Source of the DNA: Escherichia coli O127:H6 str. E2348/69
Lineage (GTDB): Bacteria; Pseudomonadota; Gammaproteobacteria; Enterobacterales; Enterobacteriaceae
Direction: 5' to 3' (one strand)
Length of the DNA: 64,000 bases
Assembly: GCF_000026545.1 (NCBI RefSeq)
Contig: NC_011601.1
The notes under the pieces are model-generated. The model was not told the origin of the DNA, did not search any database, and saw only the letters and a program-made list of their open reading frames with translations. This document shows positions 1 to 13,268 of this stretch, one piece after another; the stretch's first letter is position 1, and every line of letters starts with the position of its first letter. Position numbers and translations under genes: made by a program.

Positions 1-64
1 TAATACGCTGGATCTCGGCACTTACGGCACCACTACCCTCGACGAAGTACGGCAGATAATTTAA
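1..64 (+). CDS. flgD: flagellar hook capping protein FlgD, 3' end only (5' end outside window)
   Basis: In-frame C-terminal peptide ...GTTTLDEVRQII then TAA at 62-64; lies directly upstream of flgE as in the flg operon. Confidence 0.6.
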   Translation, partial: NTLDLGTYGTTTLDEVRQII

Positions 65-88
65 GCCTTCACATTTCAGGAGTCAGTC

Positions 89-1294
89 ATGGCCTTTTCT
101 CAAGCGGTTAGCGGATTAAACGCTGCCGCCACCAACCTCGATGTTATTGGCAACAATATCGCCAACTCCGCCACCTACGGCTTTAAATCAGGCACGGCCT
201 CTTTTGCCGATATGTTTGCCGGTTCGAAAGTGGGACTGGGGGTAAAAGTTGCTGGTATCACTCAGGACTTTACCGATGGCACGACCACTAACACCGGGCG
301 TGGTCTGGACGTTGCTATCAGCCAGAACGGTTTTTTCCGTCTGGTAGACAGCAATGGTTCGGTGTTCTACAGCCGTAACGGACAATTTAAGCTGGATGAA
401 AACCGTAACCTGGTGAATATGCAAGGTTTACAGCTGACGGGTTACCCGGCAACCGGTACGCCGCCGACTATTCAGCAAGGGGCGAATCCGACCAATATTT
501 CGATCCCGAATACCCTGATGGCAGCGAAAACTACCACCACGGCGTCGATGCAGATCAACCTGAATTCCAGTGATTCGCTTCCCTCTGTTAACGCATTTGA
601 TGCCAGCAATGCGGATAGCTATAACAAAAAAGGTTCGGTGACTGTTTTCGATAGTCAGGGTAATGCTCATGACATGAGCGTCTACTTTGTGAAGACCGGG
701 GATAATAACTGGCAGGTCTACACCCAGGATAGTAGTGATCCAAACAGCATTGCGAAGACAGCGACAACACTGGTGTTTAATGCCAATGGCGTTCTGACCT
801 CAAATCCAACAGCGAATATTTCCACTGGCGCAATTAACGGCGCAGATCCCGCCACGTTTAGCCTGAGCTTCCTCAACTCCATGCAGCAAAATACCGGCGC
901 TAACAACATTGTGGCAACCACCCAGAACGGCTACAAACCGGGCGATCTGGTGAGTTATCAAATCAATGATGACGGTACGGTTGTCGGCAACTATTCCAAC
1001 GAACAAACCCAACTGCTGGGGCAGATTGTACTGGCGAACTTTGCCAACAACGAAGGTCTGGCATCCGAAGGCGACAACGTCTGGTCCGCTACGCAATCTT
1101 CTGGCGTGGCGCTGTTGGGTACAGCCGGGACGGGCAACTTTGGCACACTGACCAACGGTGCGCTGGAAGCGTCCAACGTCGATCTCAGTAAAGAACTGGT
1201 CAATATGATCGTTGCCCAGCGTAACTATCAGTCTAACGCCCAGACCATCAAAACCCAGGACCAGATCCTCAATACGCTGGTTAACTTACGCTAA
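89..1294 (+). CDS. flgE: flagellar hook protein FlgE
   Basis: 401-aa ORF with rod/hook N-terminal motif (MAFSQAVSGLNAAATNLDVIGNNIANS) and C-terminal motif; operon position. Confidence 0.95.
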   Translation: MAFSQAVSGLNAAATNLDVIGNNIANSATYGFKSGTASFADMFAGSKVGLGVKVAGITQDFTDGTTTNTGRGLDVAISQNGFFRLVDSNGSVFYSRNGQFKLDENRNLVNMQGLQLTGYPATGTPPTIQQGANPTNISIPNTLMAAKTTTTASMQINLNSSDSLPSVNAFDASNADSYNKKGSVTVFDSQGNAHDMSVYFVKTGDNNWQVYTQDSSDPNSIAKTATTLVFNANGVLTSNPTANISTGAINGADPATFSLSFLNSMQQNTGANNIVATTQNGYKPGDLVSYQINDDGTVVGNYSNEQTQLLGQIVLANFANNEGLASEGDNVWSATQSSGVALLGTAGTGNFGTLTNGALEASNVDLSKELVNMIVAQRNYQSNAQTIKTQDQILNTLVNLR

Positions 1295-1313
1295 TCGCTG
1301 ACGGGATAGCTCA

Positions 1314-2069
1314 ATGGATCACGCAATTTATACCGCGATGGGAGCAGCCAGCCAGACGCTGAATCAACAGGCGGTAACCGCCAGTAATCTGGCCAATGCC
1401 TCAACGCCCGGTTTTCGCGCGCAGTTAAACGCCTTGCGCGCAGTGCCGGTGGAAGGGCTTTCACTGCCCACGCGCACGCTGGTAACGGCGTCAACACCGG
1501 GTGCAGACATGACGCCCGGCAAGATGGATTACACCTCGCGCCCGCTGGACGTTGCGTTGCAGCAGGATGGTTGGCTGGCCGTGCAGACCGCTGACGGCAG
1601 TGAAGGGTATACGCGTAATGGCAGCATTCAGGTTGATCCTACCGGGCAACTGACAATTCAGGGACATCCGGTGGTAGGCGAGGCGGGGCCAATTGCTGTG
1701 CCGGAAGGGGCGGAAATCACTATTGCTGCCGATGGCACAATCTCGGCGCTGAATCCGGGCGATCCGGCAAATACGGTTGCGCCAGTGGGGCGTCTGAAGC
1801 TGGTGAAAGCCACGGGCAGCGAAGTCCAGCGCGGTGACGATGGCATTTTTCGTTTAAGCGCAGAAAGCCAGGCTACGCGTGGGCCGGTACTGCTGGCAGA
1901 TCCAACCTTGCGTGTGATGTCGGGGGTTCTGGAAGGCAGTAACGTCAATGCCGTTGCGGCAATGAGCGACATGATTGCCAGCGCACGGCGTTTTGAAATG
2001 CAGATGAAGGTGATCAGCAGCGTCGATGATAACGCAGGCCGTGCCAACCAACTGCTGTCGATGAGTTAA
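1314..2069 (+). CDS. flgF: flagellar basal-body rod protein FlgF
   Basis: 251-aa ORF with rod-protein N- and C-terminal motifs; gene order flgE-flgF-flgG. Confidence 0.95.
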   Translation: MDHAIYTAMGAASQTLNQQAVTASNLANASTPGFRAQLNALRAVPVEGLSLPTRTLVTASTPGADMTPGKMDYTSRPLDVALQQDGWLAVQTADGSEGYTRNGSIQVDPTGQLTIQGHPVVGEAGPIAVPEGAEITIAADGTISALNPGDPANTVAPVGRLKLVKATGSEVQRGDDGIFRLSAESQATRGPVLLADPTLRVMSGVLEGSNVNAVAAMSDMIASARRFEMQMKVISSVDDNAGRANQLLSMS

Positions 2070-2162
2070 TTGAAAGGATACATGACAAGTATAAGTTGCC
2101 CTATGCGCAAGTTTATCGGGTCTATGGGGGCAATCGCAATTTATCGATTTAGCGAGCTCTTG

Positions 2163-2196
<34 letters not shown>

Positions 2197-2222
2197 AGAA
2201 GACATATGCACTTTGTCACTAA

Positions 2223-3023
<801 letters not shown>

Positions 3024-3075
3024 GGCTTAACCGGTGGCAGGTTCACCGGTTTACTGATTTTTGAAGATGATAGCC

Positions 3076-3774
3076 ATGCAAAAAAACGCTGCGCATACTT
3101 ATGCCATTTCCAGCTTGTTGGTGCTTTCACTAACCGGCTGCGCCTGGATACCCTCCACGCCGCTGGTACAAGGGGCGACCAGTGCACAACCGGTTCCCGG
3201 TCCGACGCCCGTCGCCAACGGGTCTATTTTCCAGTCTGCTCAGCCGATTAACTATGGCTATCAACCGCTGTTTGAAGATCGTCGACCACGCAATATTGGC
3301 GATACGCTGACTATCGTGTTGCAGGAGAACGTCAGCGCCAGCAAAAGCTCCTCTGCGAATGCCAGCCGTGACGGTAAAACTAATTTTGGCTTTGATACTG
3401 TGCCGCGCTATTTGCAGGGGGTGTTTGGTAACGCTCGTGCCGATGTCGAAGCCTCCGGTGGTAACACGTTCAACGGAAAAGGCGGGGCCAATGCCAGCAA
3501 TACCTTTAGCGGTACGTTGACGGTGACGGTTGACCAGGTACTGGTCAACGGCAACCTGCATGTGGTGGGTGAAAAACAGATCGCTATTAATCAGGGTACC
3601 GAATTTATTCGCTTCTCTGGCGTGGTTAATCCACGCACTATCAGCGGCAGCAATACCGTACCATCTACTCAGGTGGCGGATGCGCGCATTGAATACGTAG
3701 GCAATGGCTACATTAACGAAGCGCAAAATATGGGCTGGTTGCAGCGTTTCTTCCTTAACCTGTCGCCAATGTAA
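3076..3774 (+). CDS. flgH: flagellar L-ring lipoprotein FlgH
   Basis: ORF 3061-3774; start set at internal Met (MQKNAAHTY...) to give the expected 232 aa; lipobox LTGC. Confidence 0.9.
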
Positions 3775-3785
3775 GTGAGGCTGTG

Positions 3786-4883
3786 GTGATTAAATTTCTC
3801 TCTGCATTAATTCTTCTACTGGTTATCACGGCGGCTCAGGCTGAGCGTATTCGCGATCTCACCAGTGTTCAGGGGGTAAGGCAAAACTCACTGATTGGCT
3901 ATGGCCTGGTGGTGGGGCTGGATGGAACCGGTGACCAGACAACCCAGACGCCGTTTACCACACAAACGCTTAATAACATGCTCTCACAGCTGGGAATTAC
4001 CGTTCCGACGGGCACCAATATGCAGCTAAAAAACGTCGCTGCGGTAATGGTGACGGCGTCACTTCCGCCGTTTGGACGCCAGGGGCAAACCATCGATGTG
4101 GTGGTATCTTCCATGGGTAATGCCAAAAGCTTGCGTGGCGGTACGTTGTTGATGACACCGCTTAAGGGCGTTGACAGTCAGGTGTATGCTCTGGCGCAGG
4201 GCAATATTCTGGTTGGTGGCGCTGGAGCCTCCGCTGGCGGTAGCAGTGTTCAGGTGAACCAACTGAACGGTGGACGGATCACCAATGGTGCGGTTATTGA
4301 ACGTGAATTGCCCAGCCAGTTTGGCGTCGGGAATACCCTTAATTTGCAACTTAACGACGAAGATTTCAGCATGGCGCAGCAAATCGCTGACACCATCAAT
4401 CGCGTGCGTGGATATGGCAGCGCCACCGCGTTAGATGCGCGGACTATTCAGGTGCGCGTACCAAGTGGCAACAGTTCCCAGGTCCGTTTCCTTGCCGATA
4501 TCCAGAATATGCAGGTTAATGTCACCCCGCAGGACGCCAAAGTAGTGATTAACTCGCGTACCGGTTCGGTGGTGATGAATCGCGAAGTGACCCTCGACAG
4601 CTGCGCAGTAGCGCAGGGGAATCTCTCGGTTACGGTCAATCGTCAGGCCAATGTCAGCCAGCCAGATACACCGTTTGGTGGTGGGCAGACTGTGGTTACT
4701 CCACAAACGCAGATCGATTTACGCCAGAGCGGCGGTTCGCTGCAAAGCGTACGTTCCAGCGCCAGCCTCAATAACGTGGTGCGCGCGCTCAATGCGCTGG
4801 GCGCTACGCCGATGGATCTGATGTCTATTTTGCAATCAATGCAAAGTGCGGGATGTCTGCGGGCAAAACTGGAAATCATCTGA
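3786..4883 (+). CDS. flgI: flagellar P-ring protein FlgI
   Basis: 365 aa from GTG start ([13 protein letters not shown] signal peptide); ORF track starts one codon earlier. Confidence 0.9.
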   Translation: MIKFLSALILLLVITAAQAERIRDLTSVQGVRQNSLIGYGLVVGLDGTGDQTTQTPFTTQTLNNMLSQLGITVPTGTNMQLKNVAAVMVTASLPPFGRQGQTIDVVVSSMGNAKSLRGGTLLMTPLKGVDSQVYALAQGNILVGGAGASAGGSSVQVNQLNGGRITNGAVIERELPSQFGVGNTLNLQLNDEDFSMAQQIADTINRVRGYGSATALDARTIQVRVPSGNSSQVRFLADIQNMQVNVTPQDAKVVINSRTGSVVMNREVTLDSCAVAQGNLSVTVNRQANVSQPDTPFGGGQTVVTPQTQIDLRQSGGSLQSVRSSASLNNVVRALNALGATPMDLMSILQSMQSAGCLRAKLEII

Positions 4884-5824
4884 TGATCAGCGACAGCAAA
4901 CTACTGGCAAGTGCGGCCTGGGATGCGCAATCACTCAACGAACTAAAGTCGAAAGCGGGCGAAGATCCAGCGGCAAATATCCGTCCGGTGGCCCGCCAGG
5001 TGGAAGGGATGTTCGTGCAGATGATGTTGAAAAGCATGCGCGACGCTTTACCAAAAGATGGCCTGTTCAGCAGCGAGCACACTCGCCTGTATACCAGTAT
5101 GTATGACCAGCAGATTGCCCAACAGATGACGGCGGGCAAAGGTCTGGGGCTTGCAGAGATGATGGTTAAACAGATGACGCCAGAACAACCATTGCCAGAG
5201 GAGCCCACGCCAGCAGCACCGATGAAATTCCCGCTCGAAACTGTGGTGCGTTATCAAAATCAGGCGCTTTCTCAGCTGGTGCAAAAGGCCGTACCACGTA
5301 ACTACGATGATTCGTTGCCGGGTAACAGTAAAGCATTCCTCGCGCAACTCTCACTGCCCGCCCAACTGGCAAGCCAGCAAAGCGGTGTGCCACATCATTT
5401 GATCCTCGCTCAGGCGGCGCTTGAATCTGGCTGGGGGCAACGGCAAATCCGCCGCGAAAACGGCGAGCCGAGTTATAACCTGTTTGGCGTCAAAGCCTCT
5501 GGCAACTGGAAAGGGCCAGTCACTGAAATCACCACGACTGAATATGAAAACGGCGAAGCGAAGAAAGTAAAAGCGAAATTTCGGGTCTACAGCTCGTATC
5601 TGGAAGCATTGTCGGATTACGTTGGGCTGTTAACACGTAATCCGCGCTACGCTGCCGTGACGACCGCCGCGAGTGCGGAGCAGGGGGCGCAGGCCCTACA
5701 GGACGCGGGCTATGCCACCGATCCTCACTATGCCCGCAAACTCACCAACATGATTCAGCAGATGAAATCGATAAGCGACAAAGTGAGCAAAACCTACAGT
5801 ATGAACATTGATAATCTGTTCTGA
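4883..5824 (+). CDS. flgJ: flagellar rod assembly protein / muramidase FlgJ
   Basis: 313 aa from internal Met MISDSKLL; C-terminal glucosaminidase-like region; ORF track gives a longer upstream-extended frame. Confidence 0.9.
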   Translation: MISDSKLLASAAWDAQSLNELKSKAGEDPAANIRPVARQVEGMFVQMMLKSMRDALPKDGLFSSEHTRLYTSMYDQQIAQQMTAGKGLGLAEMMVKQMTPEQPLPEEPTPAAPMKFPLETVVRYQNQALSQLVQKAVPRNYDDSLPGNSKAFLAQLSLPAQLASQQSGVPHHLILAQAALESGWGQRQIRRENGEPSYNLFGVKASGNWKGPVTEITTTEYENGEAKKVKAKFRVYSSYLEALSDYVGLLTRNPRYAAVTTAASAEQGAQALQDAGYATDPHYARKLTNMIQQMKSISDKVSKTYSMNIDNLF

Positions 5825-5889
5825 ATAACTCAAGTCCGGCGGGTCGCTGCCGATAATACTCTGTAATTGAAGGCTTATAAGGAACCTCC

Positions 5890-7533
5890 ATGTCCAGCTT
5901 GATCAATAACGCCATGAGCGGACTGAACGCGGCCCAGGCGGCGTTAAATACGGCAAGTAATAATATCTCCAGCTATAACGTTGCCGGATATACCCGCCAA
6001 ACCACTATTATGGCGCAGGCCAATAGCACGCTGGGCGCTGGCGGCTGGGTTGGCAATGGCGTCTACGTTTCTGGTGTGCAGCGTGAGTATGATGCATTTA
6101 TTACCAACCAGTTACGTGCGGCGCAGACGCAAAGTAGCGGCCTGACTGCCCGCTATGAGCAGATGTCGAAAATCGACAATATGCTCTCCACCAGTACCTC
6201 TTCGCTGGCAACACAGATGCAGGATTTCTTCACCAGCCTGCAAACGCTGGTAAGTAGCGCGGAAGACCCGGCAGCGCGCCAGGCGCTGATTGGGAAATCA
6301 GAAGGGTTGGTGAATCAGTTTAAAACCACCGATCAATATCTGCGCGACCAGGACAAACAGGTCAATATCGCGATAGGTGCCAGCGTTGATCAGATCAACA
6401 ATTACGCTAAACAAATCGCCAGCCTGAACGATCAAATCTCGCGTCTGACAGGCGTGGGGGCAGGGGCGTCACCTAACAATCTGCTGGATCAACGCGATCA
6501 ACTGGTGAGTGAATTAAACCAGATTGTTGGCGTAGAAGTTAGCGTTCAGGATGGTGGCACTTATAACATCACGATGGCCAATGGCTACTCACTGGTTCAG
6601 GGAAGTACGGCGCGGCAGCTGGCGGCAGTTCCTTCCACCGCCGACCCTTCTCGTACGACTGTCGCTTATATTGATGGGACGGCTGGCAATATTGAGATCC
6701 CGGAGAAATTACTGAATACCGGGTCGCTGGGCGGCATTCTGACATTCCGTTCTCAGGATCTGGACCAGACGCGTAATACGCTCGGACAACTGGCGCTGGC
6801 ATTTGCCGGGGCTTTCAACACCCAACACAAAGCCGGATTTGATGCCAACGGCGATGCCGGTAAAGATTTCTTTGCTATCGGTAAGCCCGCGGTTCTGCAA
6901 AACACGAAAAACAACGGTGACGTTGCGATCGGTGCCACGGTAACTGATGCCTCCGCGGTACTGGCGACAGATTACAAAATCTCGTTCGATAATAATCAGT
7001 GGCAGGTCACCCGCCTTGCCAGCAATACCACTTTTACGGTGACGCCGGATGCCAACGGTAAAGTGGCATTTGATGGTCTGGAGTTGACGTTTACAGGAAC
7101 GCCTGCCGTTAACGACAGCTTCACGCTGAAACCGGTAAGTGACGCCATCGTCAACATGGATGTATTAATCACTGACGAAGCGAAAATCGCCATGGCGAGC
7201 GAAGAAGATGCGGGTGATAGCGACAACCGCAACGGTCAGGCCCTGCTGGATCTGCAAAGCAACAGTAAAACGGTGGGCGGTGCGAAATCCTTTAACGACG
7301 CTTATGCCTCATTAGTGAGTGATATCGGGAATAAAACCGCGACGTTGAAAACCAGTAGCGCCACGCAAGGTAATGTGGTGACGCAGCTTTCCAATCAGCA
7401 GCAGTCGATTTCCGGTGTCAATCTCGATGAGGAGTACGGAAATCTGCAACGTTTTCAGCAGTATTACCTGGCGAATGCGCAGGTTCTGCAGACGGCAAAC
7501 GCGATTTTTGATGCGCTGATTAACATTCGCTAA
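5890..7533 (+). CDS. flgK: flagellar hook-associated protein 1 FlgK
   Basis: 547-aa ORF with conserved N- and C-terminal axial-protein motifs. Confidence 0.95.
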   Translation: MSSLINNAMSGLNAAQAALNTASNNISSYNVAGYTRQTTIMAQANSTLGAGGWVGNGVYVSGVQREYDAFITNQLRAAQTQSSGLTARYEQMSKIDNMLSTSTSSLATQMQDFFTSLQTLVSSAEDPAARQALIGKSEGLVNQFKTTDQYLRDQDKQVNIAIGASVDQINNYAKQIASLNDQISRLTGVGAGASPNNLLDQRDQLVSELNQIVGVEVSVQDGGTYNITMANGYSLVQGSTARQLAAVPSTADPSRTTVAYIDGTAGNIEIPEKLLNTGSLGGILTFRSQDLDQTRNTLGQLALAFAGAFNTQHKAGFDANGDAGKDFFAIGKPAVLQNTKNNGDVAIGATVTDASAVLATDYKISFDNNQWQVTRLASNTTFTVTPDANGKVAFDGLELTFTGTPAVNDSFTLKPVSDAIVNMDVLITDEAKIAMASEEDAGDSDNRNGQALLDLQSNSKTVGGAKSFNDAYASLVSDIGNKTATLKTSSATQGNVVTQLSNQQQSISGVNLDEEYGNLQRFQQYYLANAQVLQTANAIFDALINIR

Positions 7534-7544
7534 GGGGAGATAAA

Positions 7545-8498
7545 ATGCGTTTCAGTACCCAGATGATGTACCAGCAAAACATGCGTGGCATCACCAATTC
7601 TCAGGCAGAATGGATGAAGTACGGCGAACAGATGTCGACGGGTAAGCGAGTCGTTAACCCTTCAGATGATCCCATTGCTGCATCACAAGCTGTTGTTCTC
7701 TCCCAGGCACAGGCACAAAACAGCCAGTACACGCTGGCGCGTACTTTCGCCACTCAAAAAGTGTCACTGGAAGAGAGTGTGCTTAGCCAGGTCACCACTG
7801 CTATCCAGAATGCTCAGGAAAAAATTGTCTACGCCAGCAATGGCACCTTGAGTGACGATGACCGGGCCTCACTGGCTACGGATATTCAGGGGCTTCGTGA
7901 TCAGTTACTGAATCTGGCGAACACCACTGACGGTAACGGGCGCTACATTTTTGCCGGTTATAAAACAGAGACTGCGCCGTTTAGTGAGGCTGACGGTGAT
8001 TATGTCGGCGGAACAGAAAGTATTAAACAACAGGTCGATGCTTCGCGTTCGATGGTGATAGGACATACGGGCGACAAAATTTTCGACAGTATTACCAGCA
8101 ACGCGGTAGCGGAACCAGACGGTAGCGCTTCTGAAACCAATCTTTTTGCCATGCTGGATAGCGCCATCGCAGCCCTGAAAACGCCGGTCGCGGATAGCGA
8201 AGCGGATAAAGAAACCGCCGCTGCGGCACTGGATAAAACCAACCGCGGACTGAAAAACTCGCTGAACAATGTGCTGACTGTTCGCGCGGAATTAGGCACG
8301 CAGCTGAACGAACTGGAGTCGCTTGATTCATTAGGTAGCGATCGCGCTTTAGGGCAAACGCAGCAGATGAGCGATCTGGTTGATGTGGACTGGAATGCAA
8401 CTATTTCATCTTACATCATGCAGCAAACGGCATTGCAGGCATCGTATAAAGCATTTACCGATATGCAGGGATTGTCGCTCTTCCAGCTCAACAAATAA
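7545..8498 (+). CDS. flgL: flagellar hook-associated protein 3 FlgL
   Basis: 317-aa ORF, flagellin-like N- and C-termini; last gene of the flgB-L cluster. Confidence 0.95.
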   Translation: MRFSTQMMYQQNMRGITNSQAEWMKYGEQMSTGKRVVNPSDDPIAASQAVVLSQAQAQNSQYTLARTFATQKVSLEESVLSQVTTAIQNAQEKIVYASNGTLSDDDRASLATDIQGLRDQLLNLANTTDGNGRYIFAGYKTETAPFSEADGDYVGGTESIKQQVDASRSMVIGHTGDKIFDSITSNAVAEPDGSASETNLFAMLDSAIAALKTPVADSEADKETAAAALDKTNRGLKNSLNNVLTVRAELGTQLNELESLDSLGSDRALGQTQQMSDLVDVDWNATISSYIMQQTALQASYKAFTDMQGLSLFQLNK

Positions 8499-8540
8499 GC
8501 TCGCTTTAAAACATATCATGAAACTGGGTATGTTTTGTCT

Positions 8541-8575
8541 GCCCGCTCTGGGATCGCCGGGGCGGGCATTTTTTT
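8541..8575 (+). terminator. rho-independent terminator downstream of flgL
   Basis: Stem gcccgc(8541-8546)/gcgggc(8562-8567) followed by a T7 run. Confidence 0.7.
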
Positions 8576-8592
8576 GCATGAGACATAACGAA

Positions 8593-9377
<785 letters not shown>

Positions 9378-9408
9378 AAATATATCCTTCGGCTTTGCGT
9401 GGATGATA

Positions 9409-9438
9409 ATTATACAGCACATGTAACGCTAATGTCAT
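9409..9438 (-). promoter_or_regulatory. candidate sigma70 promoter of the toxin-antitoxin operon
   Basis: On the minus strand: -35 ATGACA (9433-9438), 18-nt spacer, -10 TATAAT (9409-9414); overlapping inverted repeats (tgtaa...ttaca) could be an autoregulatory operator. Confidence 0.45.
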
Positions 9439-9463
9439 TACAGCAAAGATGCTACCCCTGAAA

Positions 9464-9490
9464 TAAAAAAGCCCTGGCAGTTACCAGGGC
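9464..9490 (-). terminator. rho-independent terminator of rne
   Basis: Hairpin gccctgg-cagtta-ccagggc (9471-9490) followed on the minus strand by a T-run (plus-strand aaaaaa 9465-9470). Confidence 0.65.
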
Positions 9491-9510
9491 TTGATTACTT
9501 GAGCTAATTA

Positions 9511-12500
9511 TTACTCAACAGGTTGCGGACGCGCAGGAGCGGCAGAGGCATGATGCGTTGCCGTATGACCACCTGCGGCACCTTTGCCTTCGAAGGCAAA
9601 AGTAGGGCGCTGCCAGTCACTGTGACGCGGTGCCTCCGGAACATATTCCGGTGCCGGAGCGCGCGTCATTGGCGCGGTAGCGTGGTTATGCTCAACGGTG
9701 ATCTCTGGTTCAACCGCGGCTACCGTTTCAACTTCTGCTGCGACTTCAGCGACGACTGGCGCGGCAGGTTGAGCAACAACTTCAGGTTCAGCAACCACAA
9801 CCTCAGCAGTTTCGGCAACTTCTTCAATATCTGCCGTCTCTTCCTGCGGTTCAACTACCGGTTCTGCGTGTTCTGCAACTTCCTGGGCTACGGCAACATC
9901 AGACTCGGTAATCACCTGCGGCTGTTCAGTTACCGCGGCGGCAATTACTACAGGATGCGTCGTTTCAACCACTTCCGGTTGCGGTTCGGCAATCTGAACG
10001 GGGGCTTCTACGACTTCAGCCACTTCTTCAACAACTGGCGCGCTAACAACCGGTTCGACAGCGGCGGCGACAGGGACCTCAGTCACCATCGGCTGCACTT
10101 GTACTTCTTCCTGTTCGCGCTGCTCTTCGACCTGTACATCTTGCGGACGTACAATTGGATAGCGGATCCAGACTTTGCCAGAGGCCAGTTCCGGAGATGC
10201 GCAAGCTACGGTCAACGGCATTGGCGATTGGGTTGGATAACGCTCGTCACGATAGCGACGACGACGCTGACCACTCACGCGCAGGTGACGAGGCGAGCGG
10301 CGAGAACGACGCGGCATGCCACCGTTGTCACGGTTATCGGCATTGTTCTCTTCTTGCTGTTCTGGTGCAGCTTGCGCTACGACTGGCAGCGGGACTTTCA
10401 CCAGTTCTGTGCGTGGAGCTGGCGCTTCCTGAACAATTGGTTCGGCAGCGACAGTTTCTTCAACCACCGGTGCGACTACCGCTTCTTCGGCTACGCTTTG
10501 CTCGTAACGCACTTTCTGATTGAGCTGACGCTGTTTACGACGCGGCTGAACCGGACGTACACGTTCTTCCTGTTCGGTTTCCTGAACAGATTGCTCTTCA
10601 ACATTCAGCGCCTTCGCTTCTTGTTGCGCCTGACGTTTATCATCGTTACGGCGGCGGCTACGTTCACGACGCGGCGCTTGCTGCTCGTCGGTGGTACGCG
10701 CTTTTTCCGTTACCTCAGCCTGCTGACGGCTCTCACGCGTCTCGACAGTCTGCTGCTGTGCCTGGCGACGATTACGACGGTTTTCTTCGCGATTATCGCT
10801 GCCTTCTGTACGTTCACTACGGGAGTCGCGGCGCTCATTACGGTCACGGCGGTTGTTCTGACGAGGCTTGCGACGATCCTGTTGACGTTCCGGTTTCGCT
10901 TCTGCTTTCGGTGCTGGTTGCTCGGCCGGTTTGGTTTCTTCACCACCGCTGAACAGCGCTTTCAGTGCGCCGAAGAAGCGGCTCAACAACCCTGGTTGTG
11001 CAGGAGATGCTGGTGTTGCCGTTGCAGCTTTAGGTGCTGGGGCTACAACAGGCGCGGCAGGTTCAGCTGGGGTTGGAGCTGGCGGCACATCCGGCATGGC
11101 AAAGGTTGCCAGCGCAGGTTGTTCCGGACGCTTACGTTCAGCGAACTCTTCTTCAGACGGCAGCGCCATCGCTTCTTCATGCAGCTTCGGCAGCATGTAG
11201 CTTAAGGTTGGAGTTTCTTCCCCTTTACGCACGCGCAGCACATGGTAGTGCGGGGTTTCCATCTGATCGTTTGGCACAATCACACAGCGCACGCCGTCCT
11301 GACGAGTTTCAATCGCATTCACTGCAGAACGTTTTTCATTCAGCAGGTAAGACGCGATTGGCACAGGAACAATGGCGTGAACTTCCTGAGTGTTCTCTTT
11401 CAGCGCTTCTTCTTCGATCAGACGCAGAATAGAGAGCGACAACGATTCGTTGTCACGCACGGTACCGGTACCGGAGCAGCGCGGGCAGACGTGATGGCTG
11501 GATTCACCCAGTGATGGGCTCAGACGCTGACGGGACATTTCCAGCAGGCCAAAGCGAGAAATATGGCTGATTTGAATACGCGCACGGTCCTGACGCACCG
11601 CTTCACGCAGACGATTTTCTACCGCACGCTGGTGGCGTACTGGCGTCATGTCGATGAAGTCGATAACAATCAGGCCGCCGAGGTCACGCAGGCGCAGCTG
11701 ACGAGCAATCTCATCGGCAGCTTCGAGGTTGGTGTTAAACGCGGTTTCTTCGATATCGCCGCCGCGGGTCGCGCGTGCGGAGTTGATGTCGATGGCGGTT
11801 AACGCTTCGGTGCTGTCGATAACAATGGAACCACCAGATGGCAGACGAACTTCACGCTGGAAGGCGGACTCAATCTGTGACTCAATCTGGTAGTGGCTGA
11901 ACAGCGGGATCTCGCCGGTGTACAGTTTGATTTTGCTGCTGAAATCCGGGCGACCTAATGCAGCGATATGCTGGCGTGCCAGTTCGAGCACTTTCGGGTT
12001 ATCGATAAGGATTTCGCCGATATCCTGACGTAAGTAATCGCGGAATGCGCGAACGATGACGTTGCTCTCCTGATGAATCAGGAACGGAGCTGGGCGGCTT
12101 TCAGCGGCTTTTTTGATGGCTTCCCAGTGTTTCAGACGGAAGCTTAAATCCCATTGCAGCGCCTCAGCAGATTTGCCGACGCCAGCGGTGCGCACGATAA
12201 GCCCCATGCCTTCCGGCAGTTCAAGGCTTGCCAGTGCTTCTTTTAATTCGGTACGGTCGTCGCCTTCGATACGACGAGAAATGCCACCCGCGCGCGGGTT
12301 GTTCGGCATCAGAACCAGATAGCTACCCGCCAGACTGATAAAGGTGGTTAATGCCGCGCCTTTGTTGCCGCGCTCTTCTTTATCGATCTGAACAATGACT
12401 TCCTGACCTTCACGCAACACATCTTTAATGTTGGGACGACCATGAGCACTGTAGTTAGCAGGGAAATATTCGCGGGCAATTTCTTTTAGTGGGAGGAAAC

Positions 12501-12696
12501 CGTGACGTTCAGCGCCGTAATCAACAAAAGCAGCTTCCAGACTCGGTTCAATGCGGGTGATTTTACCTTTGTAGATGTTTGCCTTTTTCTGCTCGTGCCC
12601 TGGACTTTCGATATCCAGGTCATACAGACGCTGCCCATCTACAAGGGCAACGCGCAACTCTTCCTGCTGAGTTGCGTTGATTAACATTCTTTTCAT
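9511..12696 (-). CDS. rne: ribonuclease E
   Basis: 1061-aa ORF; N-terminal S1/catalytic region ([30 protein letters not shown]...) and Arg/Pro/Glu-rich low-complexity C-terminal scaffold. Confidence 0.95.
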   Translation of the reverse strand: MKRMLINATQQEELRVALVDGQRLYDLDIESPGHEQKKANIYKGKITRIEPSLEAAFVDYGAERHGFLPLKEIAREYFPANYSAHGRPNIKDVLREGQEVIVQIDKEERGNKGAALTTFISLAGSYLVLMPNNPRAGGISRRIEGDDRTELKEALASLELPEGMGLIVRTAGVGKSAEALQWDLSFRLKHWEAIKKAAESRPAPFLIHQESNVIVRAFRDYLRQDIGEILIDNPKVLELARQHIAALGRPDFSSKIKLYTGEIPLFSHYQIESQIESAFQREVRLPSGGSIVIDSTEALTAIDINSARATRGGDIEETAFNTNLEAADEIARQLRLRDLGGLIVIDFIDMTPVRHQRAVENRLREAVRQDRARIQISHISRFGLLEMSRQRLSPSLGESSHHVCPRCSGTGTVRDNESLSLSILRLIEEEALKENTQEVHAIVPVPIASYLLNEKRSAVNAIETRQDGVRCVIVPNDQMETPHYHVLRVRKGEETPTLSYMLPKLHEEAMALPSEEEFAERKRPEQPALATFAMPDVPPAPTPAEPAAPVVAPAPKAATATPASPAQPGLLSRFFGALKALFSGGEETKPAEQPAPKAEAKPERQQDRRKPRQNNRRDRNERRDSRSERTEGSDNREENRRNRRQAQQQTVETRESRQQAEVTEKARTTDEQQAPRRERSRRRNDDKRQAQQEAKALNVEEQSVQETEQEERVRPVQPRRKQRQLNQKVRYEQSVAEEAVVAPVVEETVAAEPIVQEAPAPRTELVKVPLPVVAQAAPEQQEENNADNRDNGGMPRRSRRSPRHLRVSGQRRRRYRDERYPTQSPMPLTVACASPELASGKVWIRYPIVRPQDVQVEEQREQEEVQVQPMVTEVPVAAAVEPVVSAPVVEEVAEVVEAPVQIAEPQPEVVETTHPVVIAAAVTEQPQVITESDVAVAQEVAEHAEPVVEPQEETADIEEVAETAEVVVAEPEVVAQPAAPVVAEVAAEVETVAAVEPEITVEHNHATAPMTRAPAPEYVPEAPRHSDWQRPTFAFEGKGAAGGHTATHHASAAPARPQPVE

Positions 12697-13057
12697 CGTA
12701 ACTTACTCATTATTCTTACATTGACGACTAAGCTGCGGGCAAAGTAACGCCTTTCCGGGTGTGAACCGATGGCCTCGTGTCTAGTCGCGTCGCCAACCTC
12801 ACGGTTATCGTCAGCTCAAAGAGGCGCAGAGTGTCGGTTGCCCGTTTTTCATGCGGAAAAACAGCGCAATTATCAAAGAAACAGACTGGGTATTACTCTC
12901 CAGAAATATTTCCATCTACCGGTAAGGACTGCAACCCGCAGCCCGCTAACTGCCTGAAAGATCAATACGTCTTACACCATTGCTGCGTGGATGATCGGTC
13001 GGGCAAAATGGGTTATTCCGTAAAATTTCTTGTTTTAACAAGGATGGACACGGAAAC
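12697..13057 (-). promoter_or_regulatory. rne 5' untranslated leader (autoregulatory)
   Basis: Long non-coding stretch upstream of the rne start; a leader of about 360 nt is known for rne; exact 5' end not determinable from sequence. Confidence 0.45.
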
Positions 13058-13151
13058 GGCCTCATTATTCCACTGCAAGCCTTGTTATAGCAAGATGACT
13101 TTTACCATTTATCACCCGCTTACTCACAGTTTTTTCACTTCTTGCTGGTGA
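12831..13151 (+). CDS. yceQ: small ORF overlapping the rne leader (YceQ-like; doubtful gene)
   Basis: ORF 12777-13151; 106-aa version from GTG at 12831; no convincing RBS or domain. Confidence 0.25.
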   Translation: MSVARFSCGKTAQLSKKQTGYYSPEIFPSTGKDCNPQPANCLKDQYVLHHCCVDDRSGKMGYSVKFLVLTRMDTETASLFHCKPCYSKMTFTIYHPLTHSFFTSCW

Positions 13152-13268
13152 TTGGTTTAATAACCATCAATAAAGTGATCACGTAGTGAAGTAATAAGGT
13201 GCAAAACTAAATATAAGCATAGAAAAATGAGTGGCGCGAATCCTGTTGGCTAATTAGAATCGCCCACC

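Noticed and set aside
9523-11205. 560-aa ORF on the plus strand inside rne
   Set aside because: Antisense to the low-complexity C-terminal half of RNase E; implausible composition (Phe/Arg/Cys/Leu-rich), no RBS. An artefact of the repetitive Arg/Pro/Glu coding sequence on the other strand.
12769-12957. 62-aa ORF in the rne leader region
   Set aside because: Overlaps the structured rne 5' UTR and the alternative yceQ frame; no RBS; the yceQ-like frame itself is kept only at low confidence.
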